Shown: positions 49,551 through 59,577 of the stretch, piece by piece
How positions within the stretch are numbered: the stretch's first letter is position 1
Layout: each line of letters begins with the position of its first letter
NCBI GenBank assembly: GCA_965217115.1
Contig: OZ244239.1
Span: forward strand, 1,408,001-1,472,000
Origin: Bdellovibrionales bacterium
GTDB lineage: Bacteria > Bdellovibrionota > Bdellovibrionia > Bdellovibrionales > CAYMLA01
Length of the DNA: 64,000 nucleotides
Reading direction: 5' to 3'
Translations under genes and position numbers: made by a program
Notes under the pieces: generated by a model
Databases searched by the model: none
Told to the model about the DNA's origin: nothing
What the model saw: the letters and a program-made list of their open reading frames with translations, nothing else

Positions 49551-50981
49551 TTAACGTCGATTATTAAAGGATCGTGGTTTTCGACGTCTGCCCTGACGGC
49601 GTTGAGATGATTTCTTTCTACTCGCAGGAGCAGAAGAGGACGAGATTTCTTGTACATTAAGCTGCTCTTCAATCTGACGCATTTCTCTCTTAAAGCGATC
49701 AGAGAAGATGATTTTTAAGGCATGTTCTTTAGAGCTGTCTTTAAAGTAGTCTGCAAAATGTGAATAAGTTGAATCAATGGAGAACTCCTCTCCTCGAAGA
49801 CTTAGCGCCTCTTTGGTTGCATTCATTTTCTCAAGAGCAAATAGAATGGTTTTTCTTTTAACTTCATTTGAATTTGGAAGTTTATAAGGTTCAATTTTTT
49901 TACCAGTGAGCCTTTCTATATTTCGTAATTTGTGGAGATCAGGTCCTGAGACAAAGCTGATAGCTGTGCCTGTTTTTCCTGCGCGACCAGTTCTTCCAAT
50001 TCGATGGATATAGGCCTCCCTTTGTCGTGGTAGCCCAAAATTAAAAACGTGAGTTATGTGTGAGACATCGATGCCCCTTGATGCGACATCTGTACAAACT
50101 AAGAAATGAATTTTTTTGTTTTTGAATTGCCCTAAGGCATGGTCTCTTTGGCTTTGGTTTAAATCACCGTTAAGAACTAATGTGGATAGTCCAAAGCTGA
50201 CCATGTCATCGGTCACTTTTTTTGTTTCAACACGAGTTTCGCAAAATATTATTCCAAAGCAGTCTTTCTCATGGGCGCAAATAAGCCTTAATGCCTTTGA
50301 GAAGTCCTTTTTGTTTATAGGGCAAAAATACTGAGAGATGTTTTCACTACTCATCGCCTTCTTTTCGATAGTGATGATTTTTGGATCGGAAAAATTTCTT
50401 TTAATGAGTTCATTTATTGGACGGGGTATTGTTGCAGAGAACATCCATGATTTTCTGTCTTTAGAGAGACGGTTGATGATTATTTGAACATCTTCAAGAA
50501 AACCCATATTGAGCATTTCATCGGCTTCATCAATAACAAGCTGAGTGCAATTATTTAACTTTAAAGCCCCTCTTTTTATAAGGTCAATTGTTCGCCCAGG
50601 GGTTCCAATAACAACCTGACAGCCTTTTTTTAGAGATCTAAGTTGATCGCTATAAGAGACCCCCCCATAAACTGTTAGACTCTCCACTGGAAGGTGTTTT
50701 GATACTTTTTTGAATTCATTATGAATTTGGTTCGCCAATTCTCTTGTGGGGCTTAAGACAAGGGCTTGTATGGTGCCGCTGTCAGAATCCAATCTCTCTA
50801 AGAGAGGAATGAGAAAGGCAGCTGTTTTTCCTGTCCCTGTCTGAGCTTGTCCAACAAAGTCTCCTTCGTGTTTTAATAGAAGGGGGATTGCCTTCTCCTG
50901 TATATCTGTTGGCTTTGTATAGCTCAGCTCAGCAATAGCCTTCATAATTAAAGGCGAGAGCCCCATTTCATCAAAAGTCAT
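49551..50981 (-). CDS. DEAD-box RNA helicase
   Basis: AQTGTGKT, PTRELA, TPGR, DEAD, SAT, HRIGRTGRAG. Confidence 0.96.
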   Translation of the reverse strand: MTFDEMGLSPLIMKAIAELSYTKPTDIQEKAIPLLLKHEGDFVGQAQTGTGKTAAFLIPLLERLDSDSGTIQALVLSPTRELANQIHNEFKKVSKHLPVESLTVYGGVSYSDQLRSLKKGCQVVIGTPGRTIDLIKRGALKLNNCTQLVIDEADEMLNMGFLEDVQIIINRLSKDRKSWMFSATIPRPINELIKRNFSDPKIITIEKKAMSSENISQYFCPINKKDFSKALRLICAHEKDCFGIIFCETRVETKKVTDDMVSFGLSTLVLNGDLNQSQRDHALGQFKNKKIHFLVCTDVASRGIDVSHITHVFNFGLPRQREAYIHRIGRTGRAGKTGTAISFVSGPDLHKLRNIERLTGKKIEPYKLPNSNEVKRKTILFALEKMNATKEALSLRGEEFSIDSTYSHFADYFKDSSKEHALKIIFSDRFKREMRQIEEQLNVQEISSSSAPASRKKSSQRRQGRRRKPRSFNNRR

Positions 50982-51652
50982 TATTTCTCCACGATACTTT
51001 TAAGAACTTAAAGATAGTTTCTAAAATCAAGAAAAGACTCTAGCTGGAGTATATGGGTTTTGTTCAAATATCAAGGAGTTTGATCTTAGTTGTAAAGCTT
51101 ACTCTGGAGGTGCCTCTTTATAGCATAGAGTAAAAGTCTGTTTGAGAAGACGCCGATCTTCTATGTTTCTTTTAGAGCAAAGGGTTAATAAAGGGCTTCT
51201 AATAGGTCGTAAAAGAACTCCTTATATAAGGTGACCAAAATAATCACTTTTTGCTCAAGTCAGTGATAAATATTACATTCCTACTTGAGTCCTTTACTTT
51301 AGGTTGATTGGCTCGGTGGATTAAATTTACTCTGTCTTTAAGAGGGTGGGTTGATGAAAAAACCTTAGGGGAGAGAGTGTAGAGACAAGCCGGGGGGGGG
51401 ATTAAGTGGGGGGGCCATGATGTTCTCTCTGCTCTGCATGAATGTAAAAAAGAATTCTGGCCCCTACTTTCCCAAAGAAAGCTGTCTAAGCTAAAGGAAA
51501 CACTTAAAGGCTGCTACAGTGAACTTGTCTCTACTAGAATAAGGTAAGATGAGATGAGTCGTCCCAACCCCCCGAGCATTATTGAACTTGAAAGGCCGAT
51601 TAAGACACCTCCAATTAATGGCATTAAGAAGTTATCCATATGCTATGAACCC

Positions 51653-52516
51653 CTATTTTTCTGTAAGTGGTATTTTTAAGTATCGAGAGCCATTGTTTTC
51701 AGCTTTTGGCAGATTTCCAGCATCAATATTCACCTGAAGGCTGGGCAGTAAGAGCCTAGGGGTCGCGAGAGTTTTATCTCTTTTTGTTCTAGAATCAATA
51801 AACTCTTTTTCTGTGGTGTCTTTTCTCAACTGAATGTTATTTAGTTTATTATCACCGATGGTAGATTCGCATTTAAAATCTCTTCCACCGGGCTGGTAGT
51901 CATGGCCAGTGAAGACACGTGTTTTATCTGGCAGGGAATAAAGTTTCTCTTGAATAGAATAAAAAAGATCTTTGGCGTTTCCAGAAGGAAAGTCACATCT
52001 TCCCGTGCCGTAGTCAGGCATAAACAAAGCATCCCCCACAAAGGCCATGTCATCAATGAGATAAGAGACACATGCTGGTGTGTGACCAGGAGTAAGGATA
52101 GTTTTGAGTTTTATTGAGCCAGCTTCTAAAATATCATTTTCATCTAATAGAACGTCGAATTGAACACCGTTGGTGTTAAAGTCCTTTAGGTTATAGAGAT
52201 CACTAAATATCTTTTGTACCTTTGTGATGTTTTTGCCAATGGCTATTTTAGTATTTGGGAGCTGTTTTTTTATTTCAGCAGCTCCTGTGAAATGGTCGGC
52301 ATGGGGATGGGTTTCAAGAAGATAATGAACATTGAGATTTTCTTCTTTTATAAAGTTAAGTATTTTATCTACTGAATCTGAAGAAACACTTGCTGAGGAA
52401 GAGTCGTAGTCGAGAACGGGGTCAATAATAATGGCATCTTTGGTTGTCTCATCGTAGACGATGTATGTTACGGTGAATGTGATTTTATCAAATAGCGATT
52501 TTACTTTACGGCCCAT
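51653..52516 (-). CDS. MBL-fold persulfide dioxygenase (ETHE1/Blh-like)
   Basis: IIDPVLDYD, LETHPHADH, TPGHT, GTGRCDFP, GHDY. Confidence 0.9.
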   Translation of the reverse strand: MGRKVKSLFDKITFTVTYIVYDETTKDAIIIDPVLDYDSSSASVSSDSVDKILNFIKEENLNVHYLLETHPHADHFTGAAEIKKQLPNTKIAIGKNITKVQKIFSDLYNLKDFNTNGVQFDVLLDENDILEAGSIKLKTILTPGHTPACVSYLIDDMAFVGDALFMPDYGTGRCDFPSGNAKDLFYSIQEKLYSLPDKTRVFTGHDYQPGGRDFKCESTIGDNKLNNIQLRKDTTEKEFIDSRTKRDKTLATPRLLLPSLQVNIDAGNLPKAENNGSRYLKIPLTEK

Positions 52517-52666
52517 AATATAGTCTCTCCACAAAATTTTTTTGATTATTTTTAAGGAAATAGAGTCCTTTTAAATGAAAAATACTCTGATGACGGTCAA
52601 ACTTAGTATATCTATATAGAAATGTTTATAATACAAGGTTTTAAGGTGTTTTAAATACTTTACGAT

Positions 52667-53024
52667 TTGATCCGTCCCTATATTTTATCTTCTATAGAAA
52701 GAACCCTTAAGAGGAGTGAAAATCTCTATAATGCAGGAGATGGGCCTCAGGGGCTTTATTTCATTGAAAAAGGTCTTGTCGGGTTATTTCATGTATCTGA
52801 AAAAGGAAAGGAAACTCTTTTGAGGATTTTTAGTGGAGGTAATATACTTGGTTATCCTTCTTATTTTGCAGAAGAACTTTACCATGGGACATCAGTGGCT
52901 CTTTTTCAGACGAAAAGCGCAATTATTTCAAAAGAACAGTGCCAAGATATCTGTGATGGCAGTCCTCAGCTTTTAAAGAAAATCACTCAATTGATAGCGA
53001 GGGATCTTAAGGCGGTAGAATTGA
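52667..53024 (+). pseudogene. Truncated Crp/Fnr family regulator (cNMP domain only)
   Basis: GD...GLYFIEKGLVGLFHVSEKGKETLLRIF..G.ILG; HTH missing after AVELR. Confidence 0.75.
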
Positions 53025-53282
53025 GGCTTTGTTGGCTACTTAGAAATAGTTCAGATCCCGTGGATGTTTTTATTTAAATTTACTTTATTTTCAGGAATGG
53101 GGGGTTTTGTTGGAACATATTTGGTAAAATTTGTTTCACAAAAAAACCTTAAAAAAGTTTTCGCTATTTTTCTGATATTTATGGGAGTATTTATTCTCTA
53201 TAAAAACAAAGAAACTCTGACTGGAGGATACGTCAAAAAGAGTGTCCAGTCAGAGATGGTGTTGACTTCAAAAGAGGCTTGA
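53025..53282 (+). pseudogene. C-terminal fragment of a TauE/SafE sulfite exporter
   Basis: GFVGYLEIVQIPWMFLFKFTLFSGMGGFVGTYL...LKKVFAIFLIFMGVFILYK. Confidence 0.7.
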
Positions 53283-53290
53283 GTCGGGAG

Positions 53291-54454
53291 CTATAGCTTT
53301 ATAGAGGGATTGATCTTCTTTCCAGACGGTCCCTCTTTTCCGTAGGGGCCGTAATCTCCCCGTGGCCCTTCAGATAAAACGGCTCTATTGAGACATCTAT
53401 TATAAGTATGTACTGACAAGGCGAAATCATCCCTTGTTACTTTTCCAGGAAGCCCTCCCTCCTGTCCTTCGCCTCCATGGCCTCCGAGGCCCCCTTCTCC
53501 TGGATAAAAATAAATATTAGGAATGAAATTCTGATGATCTCCGACCTCCATGTGGAGAGTTCCAGTATCACCGCCAGCTTTTCCGGGGAGTCCTCGAAAA
53601 CCATTTTCTCCTTTATGCCCATCTTGGGGTTTTGCAGATAAAAGGCATCGGCTTTTTTGGGTATAAAAGGCTGAGCGACCTTTTCTTCCTCGACCAGGTT
53701 TTTTCTTTGGTTTTAGGCCATTGCCACCATTTTCTCCTCGCATATAAATATCTATGGTCCCAGAGGCCTCTTTTGCAAAGATTTGTAAGAACCCTCCACT
53801 TTTTCCAAGATGATTTTCTTTGGCTCTTTGATCTTGAGAAAATGTTTCAATAGAAGCGTGGTCGTCAATAAGGAGTTCATTAACATTTATTCTTAAATTA
53901 TGGTTGAGTATTCTAATGAGAGAGTCTTTTTCAATAAAAACTCTATTGTAGCCACCATAGTTTTTTTTAGAAATAATAGTGAGGTTTTTCTTTAAAATTA
54001 TTTTTTTAGAAAAAACATAATCTTTAGGAATAGGGGCTGAGATTTCTGAAATAAAAAACCTCCCATCTGGAAAGAGCTTTTTTATATGATATGTAGCGAC
54101 GTGATTTTTAGGTGGAGGAAAAAACTCAATCTCTCCTTGGCGTTCGCTATAATATAAATCTTGAGGAATAATATTATCGTTATCATCTTGAGACTGAATG
54201 TTGATTTTTGTACCAGGAGGTAAGTTCCATTTAATGAGATGTCTGTATTGATTAGGTTTATTGCTAGAAATAATTTGAATATTAATGCCTTTTTGTTTTT
54301 TTAAAGAAACGCCCTCTTGCAAATCATTATTCTCATAAATAATATCTACTTTATCCTGGCAGCCAAAGAGACTTGACAAGAGAACGAATGAAAACACGGG
54401 AAACATGTTTTTTATTAAAGAGAGACTTGGGAAGAGAGGTGATATTTTTTTCAT
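53291..54454 (-). CDS. Lipoprotein with collagen-like Gly-X-Y segments
   Basis: LFGC lipobox; GHKGENGFRGLPG, GGLGGHGGEGQEGG, GPRGDYGPYGKEG. Confidence 0.7.
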   Translation of the reverse strand: MKKISPLFPSLSLIKNMFPVFSFVLLSSLFGCQDKVDIIYENNDLQEGVSLKKQKGINIQIISSNKPNQYRHLIKWNLPPGTKINIQSQDDNDNIIPQDLYYSERQGEIEFFPPPKNHVATYHIKKLFPDGRFFISEISAPIPKDYVFSKKIILKKNLTIISKKNYGGYNRVFIEKDSLIRILNHNLRINVNELLIDDHASIETFSQDQRAKENHLGKSGGFLQIFAKEASGTIDIYMRGENGGNGLKPKKKPGRGRKGRSAFYTQKSRCLLSAKPQDGHKGENGFRGLPGKAGGDTGTLHMEVGDHQNFIPNIYFYPGEGGLGGHGGEGQEGGLPGKVTRDDFALSVHTYNRCLNRAVLSEGPRGDYGPYGKEGPSGKKINPSIKL

Positions 54455-54536
54455 AAAAAGCTCCTTTATAAGAGTGTTTAATATCAGTTAAAAATATTAT
54501 CTTGTTGTATTAGCAAAATAAGGTTTGTGGATGTTT

Positions 54537-54800
54537 TTAGGGCTTTTTCAGGTTTTTCCATGCCTTGTTCTTGATAACAGAGAGCTTAATTATTTCCATG
54601 GAATCCTTTACTGAGAGGAGTTCTTTTTTAGAAAGGGTTTTTATTTTTTTCCAATCACGTTGGTTAAAGCGGCCTGTCGTTATGATTATTTCAAGTAATT
54701 TTTTTGATCTTTGATGCAATTCCTTCTTTGGAAACCCCCGAGAAGGCGAGGTGAGAAACAATAAGATTGAAACTGTTACAATGGTTTTAAAGATGGGCAT
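54537..54800 (-). CDS. Small secreted basic protein
   Basis: Signal peptide, 87 aa. Confidence 0.5.
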   Translation of the reverse strand: MPIFKTIVTVSILLFLTSPSRGFPKKELHQRSKKLLEIIITTGRFNQRDWKKIKTLSKKELLSVKDSMEIIKLSVIKNKAWKNLKKP

Positions 54801-54989
54801 GAAAGAATTTATTGCAAAATGAGGACACCCCAGAGATTTTTTTTGTGGAGATTACGGGGTTTTTCCGGACAAAAGTCCAGGAGAGCAAAGGGAATGGCGA
54901 GGGGCGTTAAGCAGTTTTATTATCTGTGGTCGAAATTATAGAAGTTATTTACTGTATTTCGGTAATTTAGAATATAAATATGGAGTTAT

Positions 54990-56648
54990 ATGGATTTCTA
55001 TCAAGAGCCTCCAGCTATAGGCAGCAATCAATTTTTGAATAATAACCTTTTGATATCTTATCTCAAATGGAAAATACCCAATAAATATCAAAAAGAAATT
55101 TTTGATGATTTATCACTCTTTGGAGAAAAGGTATCTGGTCCTTTGTTGGAGTGGTCCAAGCAAGCTGAAAAGAACCCTCCTGAGCTAGTTCAGTTTGATT
55201 CGTGGGGAAAAAGAATTGACCATATTGAAGTCTCCGAGGGTTGGAAAAACTTAGAGAAATTTTCTGCAGAAGAGGGTTTGATCGCTATTGGTTATGAGCG
55301 CAAGCAGAAAGAATTTTCTCGTTTATATCAAATGGCAAAGCTATTTTTATTTCATCCCTCTTCGGCATTCTTTTCATGCCCACTGGCAATGACGGATGGA
55401 GCAACTCGTTTAATAGAGCTTTATCAGCCAAGGGCAGCTCAACATGCATTTACCCATCTCACAAGTCGTGATCCTCAGAAATTTTGGACATCGGGACAAT
55501 GGATGACAGAGAGGACAGGAGGGTCTGATGTCGGAGGAACGTCTACGATTGCAAAACAGAAAAAAGACCATTGTTTACTTTATGGAGATAAATTTTTCAC
55601 CTCAGCGACAACATCGCAAATGGCAATGATGTTGGCACGAGTAGAAGGTGACTCTGAGGGGAGTCGAGGGCTGAGTTTGTTTTTTGCAGAACTTAAAGAC
55701 AAAAATGGAGAGTATAATAATCTACAGGTTAATCGATTGAAAGATAAATTAGGAACAAAAGCTTTACCCACAGCCGAATTAACCTTGAGTGGAATGAAGG
55801 CCCATCTGCTTGGAGAGCAGGGAAAAGGGGTTAAGAGTATCGCTCCATTATTGAATATCACGCGTCTCTACAACACTATTTGTGCATTATCTGCTTCACA
55901 GAGAATATTAACCCTAATCACTGATTATGCTCGAAAGCGAAACTCATTAGGTCGTCCTTTGCAAGAGCATCCACTTCATGTTGAAACATTAGCTAATTTA
56001 GAATGTGAACTCTGGCTTGGGTTTTTCCTATCCTTTGAATTAGCCTTTTTATTGGGTAAGGAGGAAAGTGATATCGCTTCACAAGAGGACAAAGCGATAT
56101 TGAGACTACTAGTTCCCATTGCCAAGTTATTTACAGCTAAAGAATCAGTTAAGCATGTGAGTGAAGGGTTAGAGTCCATAGGAGGAGCGGGTTATATTGA
56201 AGACACTGATTTTCCCCGTCATTTGAGAGATGCCCAGGTATTTTCTATCTGGGAGGGAACGACAAATATTTTGAGTCTTGATGTGTTAAGAGTCCTAGCA
56301 AAAGAAGGCACTTGGGCTCTTATTGCTCAGAGTTTAGAGAGTCGAGTAGATAAAATTGATCAACAAGAAATTCAACAAAAAGCCAGGAGAGACATCAAAA
56401 ATTTGAATCAAATCATACTTCAAATGGCTGAAGAAGGGAGTGATTTTTCTCAAGCAGGAGCGCGTTCACTATCATTTTCTATAGGGAAAGTCTGTGCCTA
56501 TGTCTTTATGGCAGAGGCGTTGGGCCATTGGCAGGACGGGAAAAAGCTGGAAATTATTCTAAAAAGATGGACGCAAAGAGAGCTTATTAGTTTTAGACAG
56601 ACGAGTGAAGATTGGAGAAAAGAATCAAGCGAGTTAGTTTTTGGCTAA
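54990..56648 (+). CDS. Acyl-CoA dehydrogenase (AidB/ACDH-11-like)
   Basis: CPLAMTDGA, GQWMTERTGGSDV, RLKDKLGT, GG.GYIED, IWEGTTN. Confidence 0.92.
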   Translation: MDFYQEPPAIGSNQFLNNNLLISYLKWKIPNKYQKEIFDDLSLFGEKVSGPLLEWSKQAEKNPPELVQFDSWGKRIDHIEVSEGWKNLEKFSAEEGLIAIGYERKQKEFSRLYQMAKLFLFHPSSAFFSCPLAMTDGATRLIELYQPRAAQHAFTHLTSRDPQKFWTSGQWMTERTGGSDVGGTSTIAKQKKDHCLLYGDKFFTSATTSQMAMMLARVEGDSEGSRGLSLFFAELKDKNGEYNNLQVNRLKDKLGTKALPTAELTLSGMKAHLLGEQGKGVKSIAPLLNITRLYNTICALSASQRILTLITDYARKRNSLGRPLQEHPLHVETLANLECELWLGFFLSFELAFLLGKEESDIASQEDKAILRLLVPIAKLFTAKESVKHVSEGLESIGGAGYIEDTDFPRHLRDAQVFSIWEGTTNILSLDVLRVLAKEGTWALIAQSLESRVDKIDQQEIQQKARRDIKNLNQIILQMAEEGSDFSQAGARSLSFSIGKVCAYVFMAEALGHWQDGKKLEIILKRWTQRELISFRQTSEDWRKESSELVFG

Positions 56649-56715
56649 CTTAGAAGTCTTTTTCAAAATAATTCATAAGACAGGTTACTAGATTTAAAAT
56701 GAAGAGATGATCTGT

Positions 56716-57462
56716 TTAGATGAGAATAAATAAAATAAATACAATGCTGATGATCGCTATGATAGCAAGGCCTATGTAAAGGTTATTTTTATTTTGGAAC
56801 TCTTCAGGGGTATTTTTGTCAGAGTGGTCCCCGTCAAATTTCTGCTGATTGACGTCCTCTTCTAGGGTTGTCTTTCTTTGAGGAGTTTTCAGTATTTTAT
56901 TCTTCTTGTTTGCTTCTGGAAATTGTTCTTTATTTTGTAGCAGACGTGGAGGAAGAGTCTCTTCTGATTTTGTTTTAGATTGAGGGGTCGTGCAGTTGTT
57001 CTGGTTTTCCATAGAGGCTTTATTGATATCATTTTGTATTCGCTTTCCAAATCGTCCAATATACTGGTTATAGGTTTGTTCTAAGGCCTGTTTAGAGCTA
57101 GATGAAAGAGGTTTCTTAGAATTAAGGAGATCTAGAGCCAAATTGAATTGTTCAATAAAGATTTGAGAGGCATGGGGGAGAAGCCATTCCTTGAATGCCA
57201 GCCAATAGTCTTGTGGGAGAATTTCTCCGAGTGGGTCGAACCCCTTCTTTTCATAGGAAAGAAGGCTGACAGAGGCGTCGTTTACAGGAGATAGGTAGAT
57301 TTTAACAAATTCAACAGGGAAGAGCCCTGTATCTTCTGGGGTTTCACTTTTGAGTTCGTTGATCTTTTTGTCTATGAGAACAAGGCTTTCTTGGTAAAGA
57401 GAGCTAAATTTTTCTTTTAGTCGCTCTTCGTCTCCATGGTTTTTTGTTAATCTGTCTGTCAC
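56716..57462 (-). CDS. Hypothetical protein with a C-terminal membrane anchor
   Basis: Hydrophobic C-terminal tail; GTG start after AGGAG. Confidence 0.65.
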   Translation of the reverse strand: MTDRLTKNHGDEERLKEKFSSLYQESLVLIDKKINELKSETPEDTGLFPVEFVKIYLSPVNDASVSLLSYEKKGFDPLGEILPQDYWLAFKEWLLPHASQIFIEQFNLALDLLNSKKPLSSSSKQALEQTYNQYIGRFGKRIQNDINKASMENQNNCTTPQSKTKSEETLPPRLLQNKEQFPEANKKNKILKTPQRKTTLEEDVNQQKFDGDHSDKNTPEEFQNKNNLYIGLAIIAIISIVFILFILI

Positions 57463-57701
57463 TAATGTTTTGCTCCTAAATTTGTAAAAGTCCTCTGTTT
57501 CTAAATTTTAAGAAAATCGTGATGATTGGTCAACAATGTTGAGTTTATTATTTATAATGGTATTATAATCATTAAAATGAATTAAAGCATTAGTAATTAA
57601 TGCTCTCTAGAGGTATTTCTGGTGTTTTTTATGATATTTAGTTCAAAAAATAAATTTGAGCAAGAAAAAGGATGCAAATTTTAAGGGAGGAAGCTTTTAT
57701 T

Positions 57702-58061
57702 ATGAGGAATTTAAGAATTCTATTAATGATACTTTGTCTGCAGGGTTGTTCTTTGTCATTTGGAGCCATTTTAGGCAATGGGGCAAAGACGACGATTCGC
57801 CCAAGTGTGTGGGATGGCCGACAAATGACTGTTGTTAATTGCAAGATAAAAGGTGGTAAGAAAAAGTCAAAAATAAAGATTATTCTTGAGGGGTGGAGCC
57901 CCAGAAAATGTTATAGCTGGTCAATGCCAGAATTAAGTATAAGAATAAAACCTTCGAGTTCTTTGAGTATAAAAATACATGGTTGTCGTAAAGACTTAAA
58001 AACAAAACCAACAGTGACTATAAAGAATAGAGGAAGTGCTCTGGAGTTCTCTTGTCAATAA
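57702..58061 (+). CDS. Small basic lipoprotein
   Basis: LQGC lipobox; RBS GGAGG. Confidence 0.65.
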   Translation: MRNLRILLMILCLQGCSLSFGAILGNGAKTTIRPSVWDGRQMTVVNCKIKGGKKKSKIKIILEGWSPRKCYSWSMPELSIRIKPSSSLSIKIHGCRKDLKTKPTVTIKNRGSALEFSCQ

Positions 58062-58082
58062 TTTATTCAGTAGAAAGAGTCT

Positions 58083-58673
58083 ATGACCGAGCCCTCTAAC
58101 ATTAAAATTACAAAGCAAGAAATCATGGAGTTACCGCTGTCATTCTTTGAGGGAGAGATCCATGTGATTTCGTCAGAAAAGGGAACAGAGCAGGCGATGG
58201 GAGTATTAAAAAAAGAAAAAATCATAGGCTTTGATACTGAAACCAAGCCTGTGTTTAAGAAAGGGGTTACGCACTCAGTGGCGTTACTACAGCTATCAAC
58301 GAAAACACAGGCATTTTTATTTCAATTAAAGCAGACAGGCTTGCCACAGTGTTTAATAGAGCTTCTGTCATCAAAATCGACTAAGAAAGTAGGCGTAGCT
58401 ATTCATGATGATATTAAATTCTTGCAAAAACTTAAGTATTTTGAGCCAGGCGGGTTTATTGAATTAGCTGATATGGCTAAGGAGAGGAAAATTGTAAACC
58501 TTGGACTGCGTAGTTTATTTGCGTTGTCTTTAGGGGGGCGTCTTAGTAAGGGAGCACAGCTTTCAAATTGGGAAAACAAGGAGTTAACGAGGGCTCAGCA
58601 AATTTATGCGGCAACCGATGCGTGGGCCGGCCTTTTGATATACTTGAATATGGAAGAGAATAAAGATATATAA
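58083..58673 (+). CDS. DEDDy 3'-5' exonuclease (RNase D/WRN-like)
   Basis: IGFDTETKP, LLQLST, KVGV...D, SNWE...L...Q..YAATDA. Confidence 0.92.
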   Translation: MTEPSNIKITKQEIMELPLSFFEGEIHVISSEKGTEQAMGVLKKEKIIGFDTETKPVFKKGVTHSVALLQLSTKTQAFLFQLKQTGLPQCLIELLSSKSTKKVGVAIHDDIKFLQKLKYFEPGGFIELADMAKERKIVNLGLRSLFALSLGGRLSKGAQLSNWENKELTRAQQIYAATDAWAGLLIYLNMEENKDI

Positions 58674-58749
58674 TTTACTAAACTGTGTAGCCATTTTTCC
58701 TAGAGTTTAGATCAAATGGGAGTACACCCTCTGTTTGGAGAAAAGAAGT

Positions 58750-59523
58750 ATGAGAGCCTTATTCGATTTGCTTGGCTGCTGGATGTCCTACGTAAGAGCA
58801 GTGATTTTGACTCCTGTTTTTATAGTTCATACGATTCTTTTTTCAATTTATGTGATGACCTGTGCATTTATTTTTCGAAATACTTATTTTAACAATTGGA
58901 ATATTAAATATATTTGGTCTTGGCCGATGATTTTTCTGTCGGGAATAAAATTAGATATTCGTCATCATCCTAAAAAACCAAATGGTGGATGTTTATTTTT
59001 ATTTAATCATTCTAGCTATATGGACATACCAGTTTTGTTTTATAGCACTCCGCTGCCATTTTCATTTGGTGGAAAAATTGAATTATTTTCGATACCCATA
59101 TTTGGACATGCAATGAAGTTTATGGGTGCTTTGCCAATTGCACGCAAGGATCGTGAGCAAGTGATGAAAACTTATCAAGAAGCGGAAAAACGTGTAGCTA
59201 ATGGGGAATGTTTTGCTTTGGCTCCAGAGGGCGGAAGAGCTAAAGAAAGGTTTTTAAATGAATTTAAATCAGGGCCATTTATTTTTGCTCAGAATGCGAA
59301 AATGCCGATAGTTCCTGTTTTGACGGCAGGTCTTTTGAATGTAATGCATCCAAAGTCGATTTTTATTGGAGTGGGGCGCTGGAGGCATAAGGTGATCGTG
59401 CAAACTCTTGAGGAGATACCTCCAGAGATGAGGTCCCTTCAAGATATAAAAGTTTTTAGAGAAGAATTGAGACAGAAAATGAGCCAAATTTATTCAGAAA
59501 TGAATCAAGAAATTTTGGAATAG
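58750..59523 (+). CDS. plsC: 1-acyl-sn-glycerol-3-phosphate acyltransferase
   Basis: NHSSYMD, PEGGR, FKSG, PIVPV. Confidence 0.88.
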   Translation: MRALFDLLGCWMSYVRAVILTPVFIVHTILFSIYVMTCAFIFRNTYFNNWNIKYIWSWPMIFLSGIKLDIRHHPKKPNGGCLFLFNHSSYMDIPVLFYSTPLPFSFGGKIELFSIPIFGHAMKFMGALPIARKDREQVMKTYQEAEKRVANGECFALAPEGGRAKERFLNEFKSGPFIFAQNAKMPIVPVLTAGLLNVMHPKSIFIGVGRWRHKVIVQTLEEIPPEMRSLQDIKVFREELRQKMSQIYSEMNQEILE

Positions 59524-59577
59524 ACGGGTAATGAATCTTTGTTTTAGTATTTGAGGGGTGAAGGAGAAAGAGTTGTG

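Noticed and set aside
51379..51534. 11-bp inverted repeats suggesting a MITE
   Set aside because: No target-site duplication, a single copy, and a match of this length is expected by chance.
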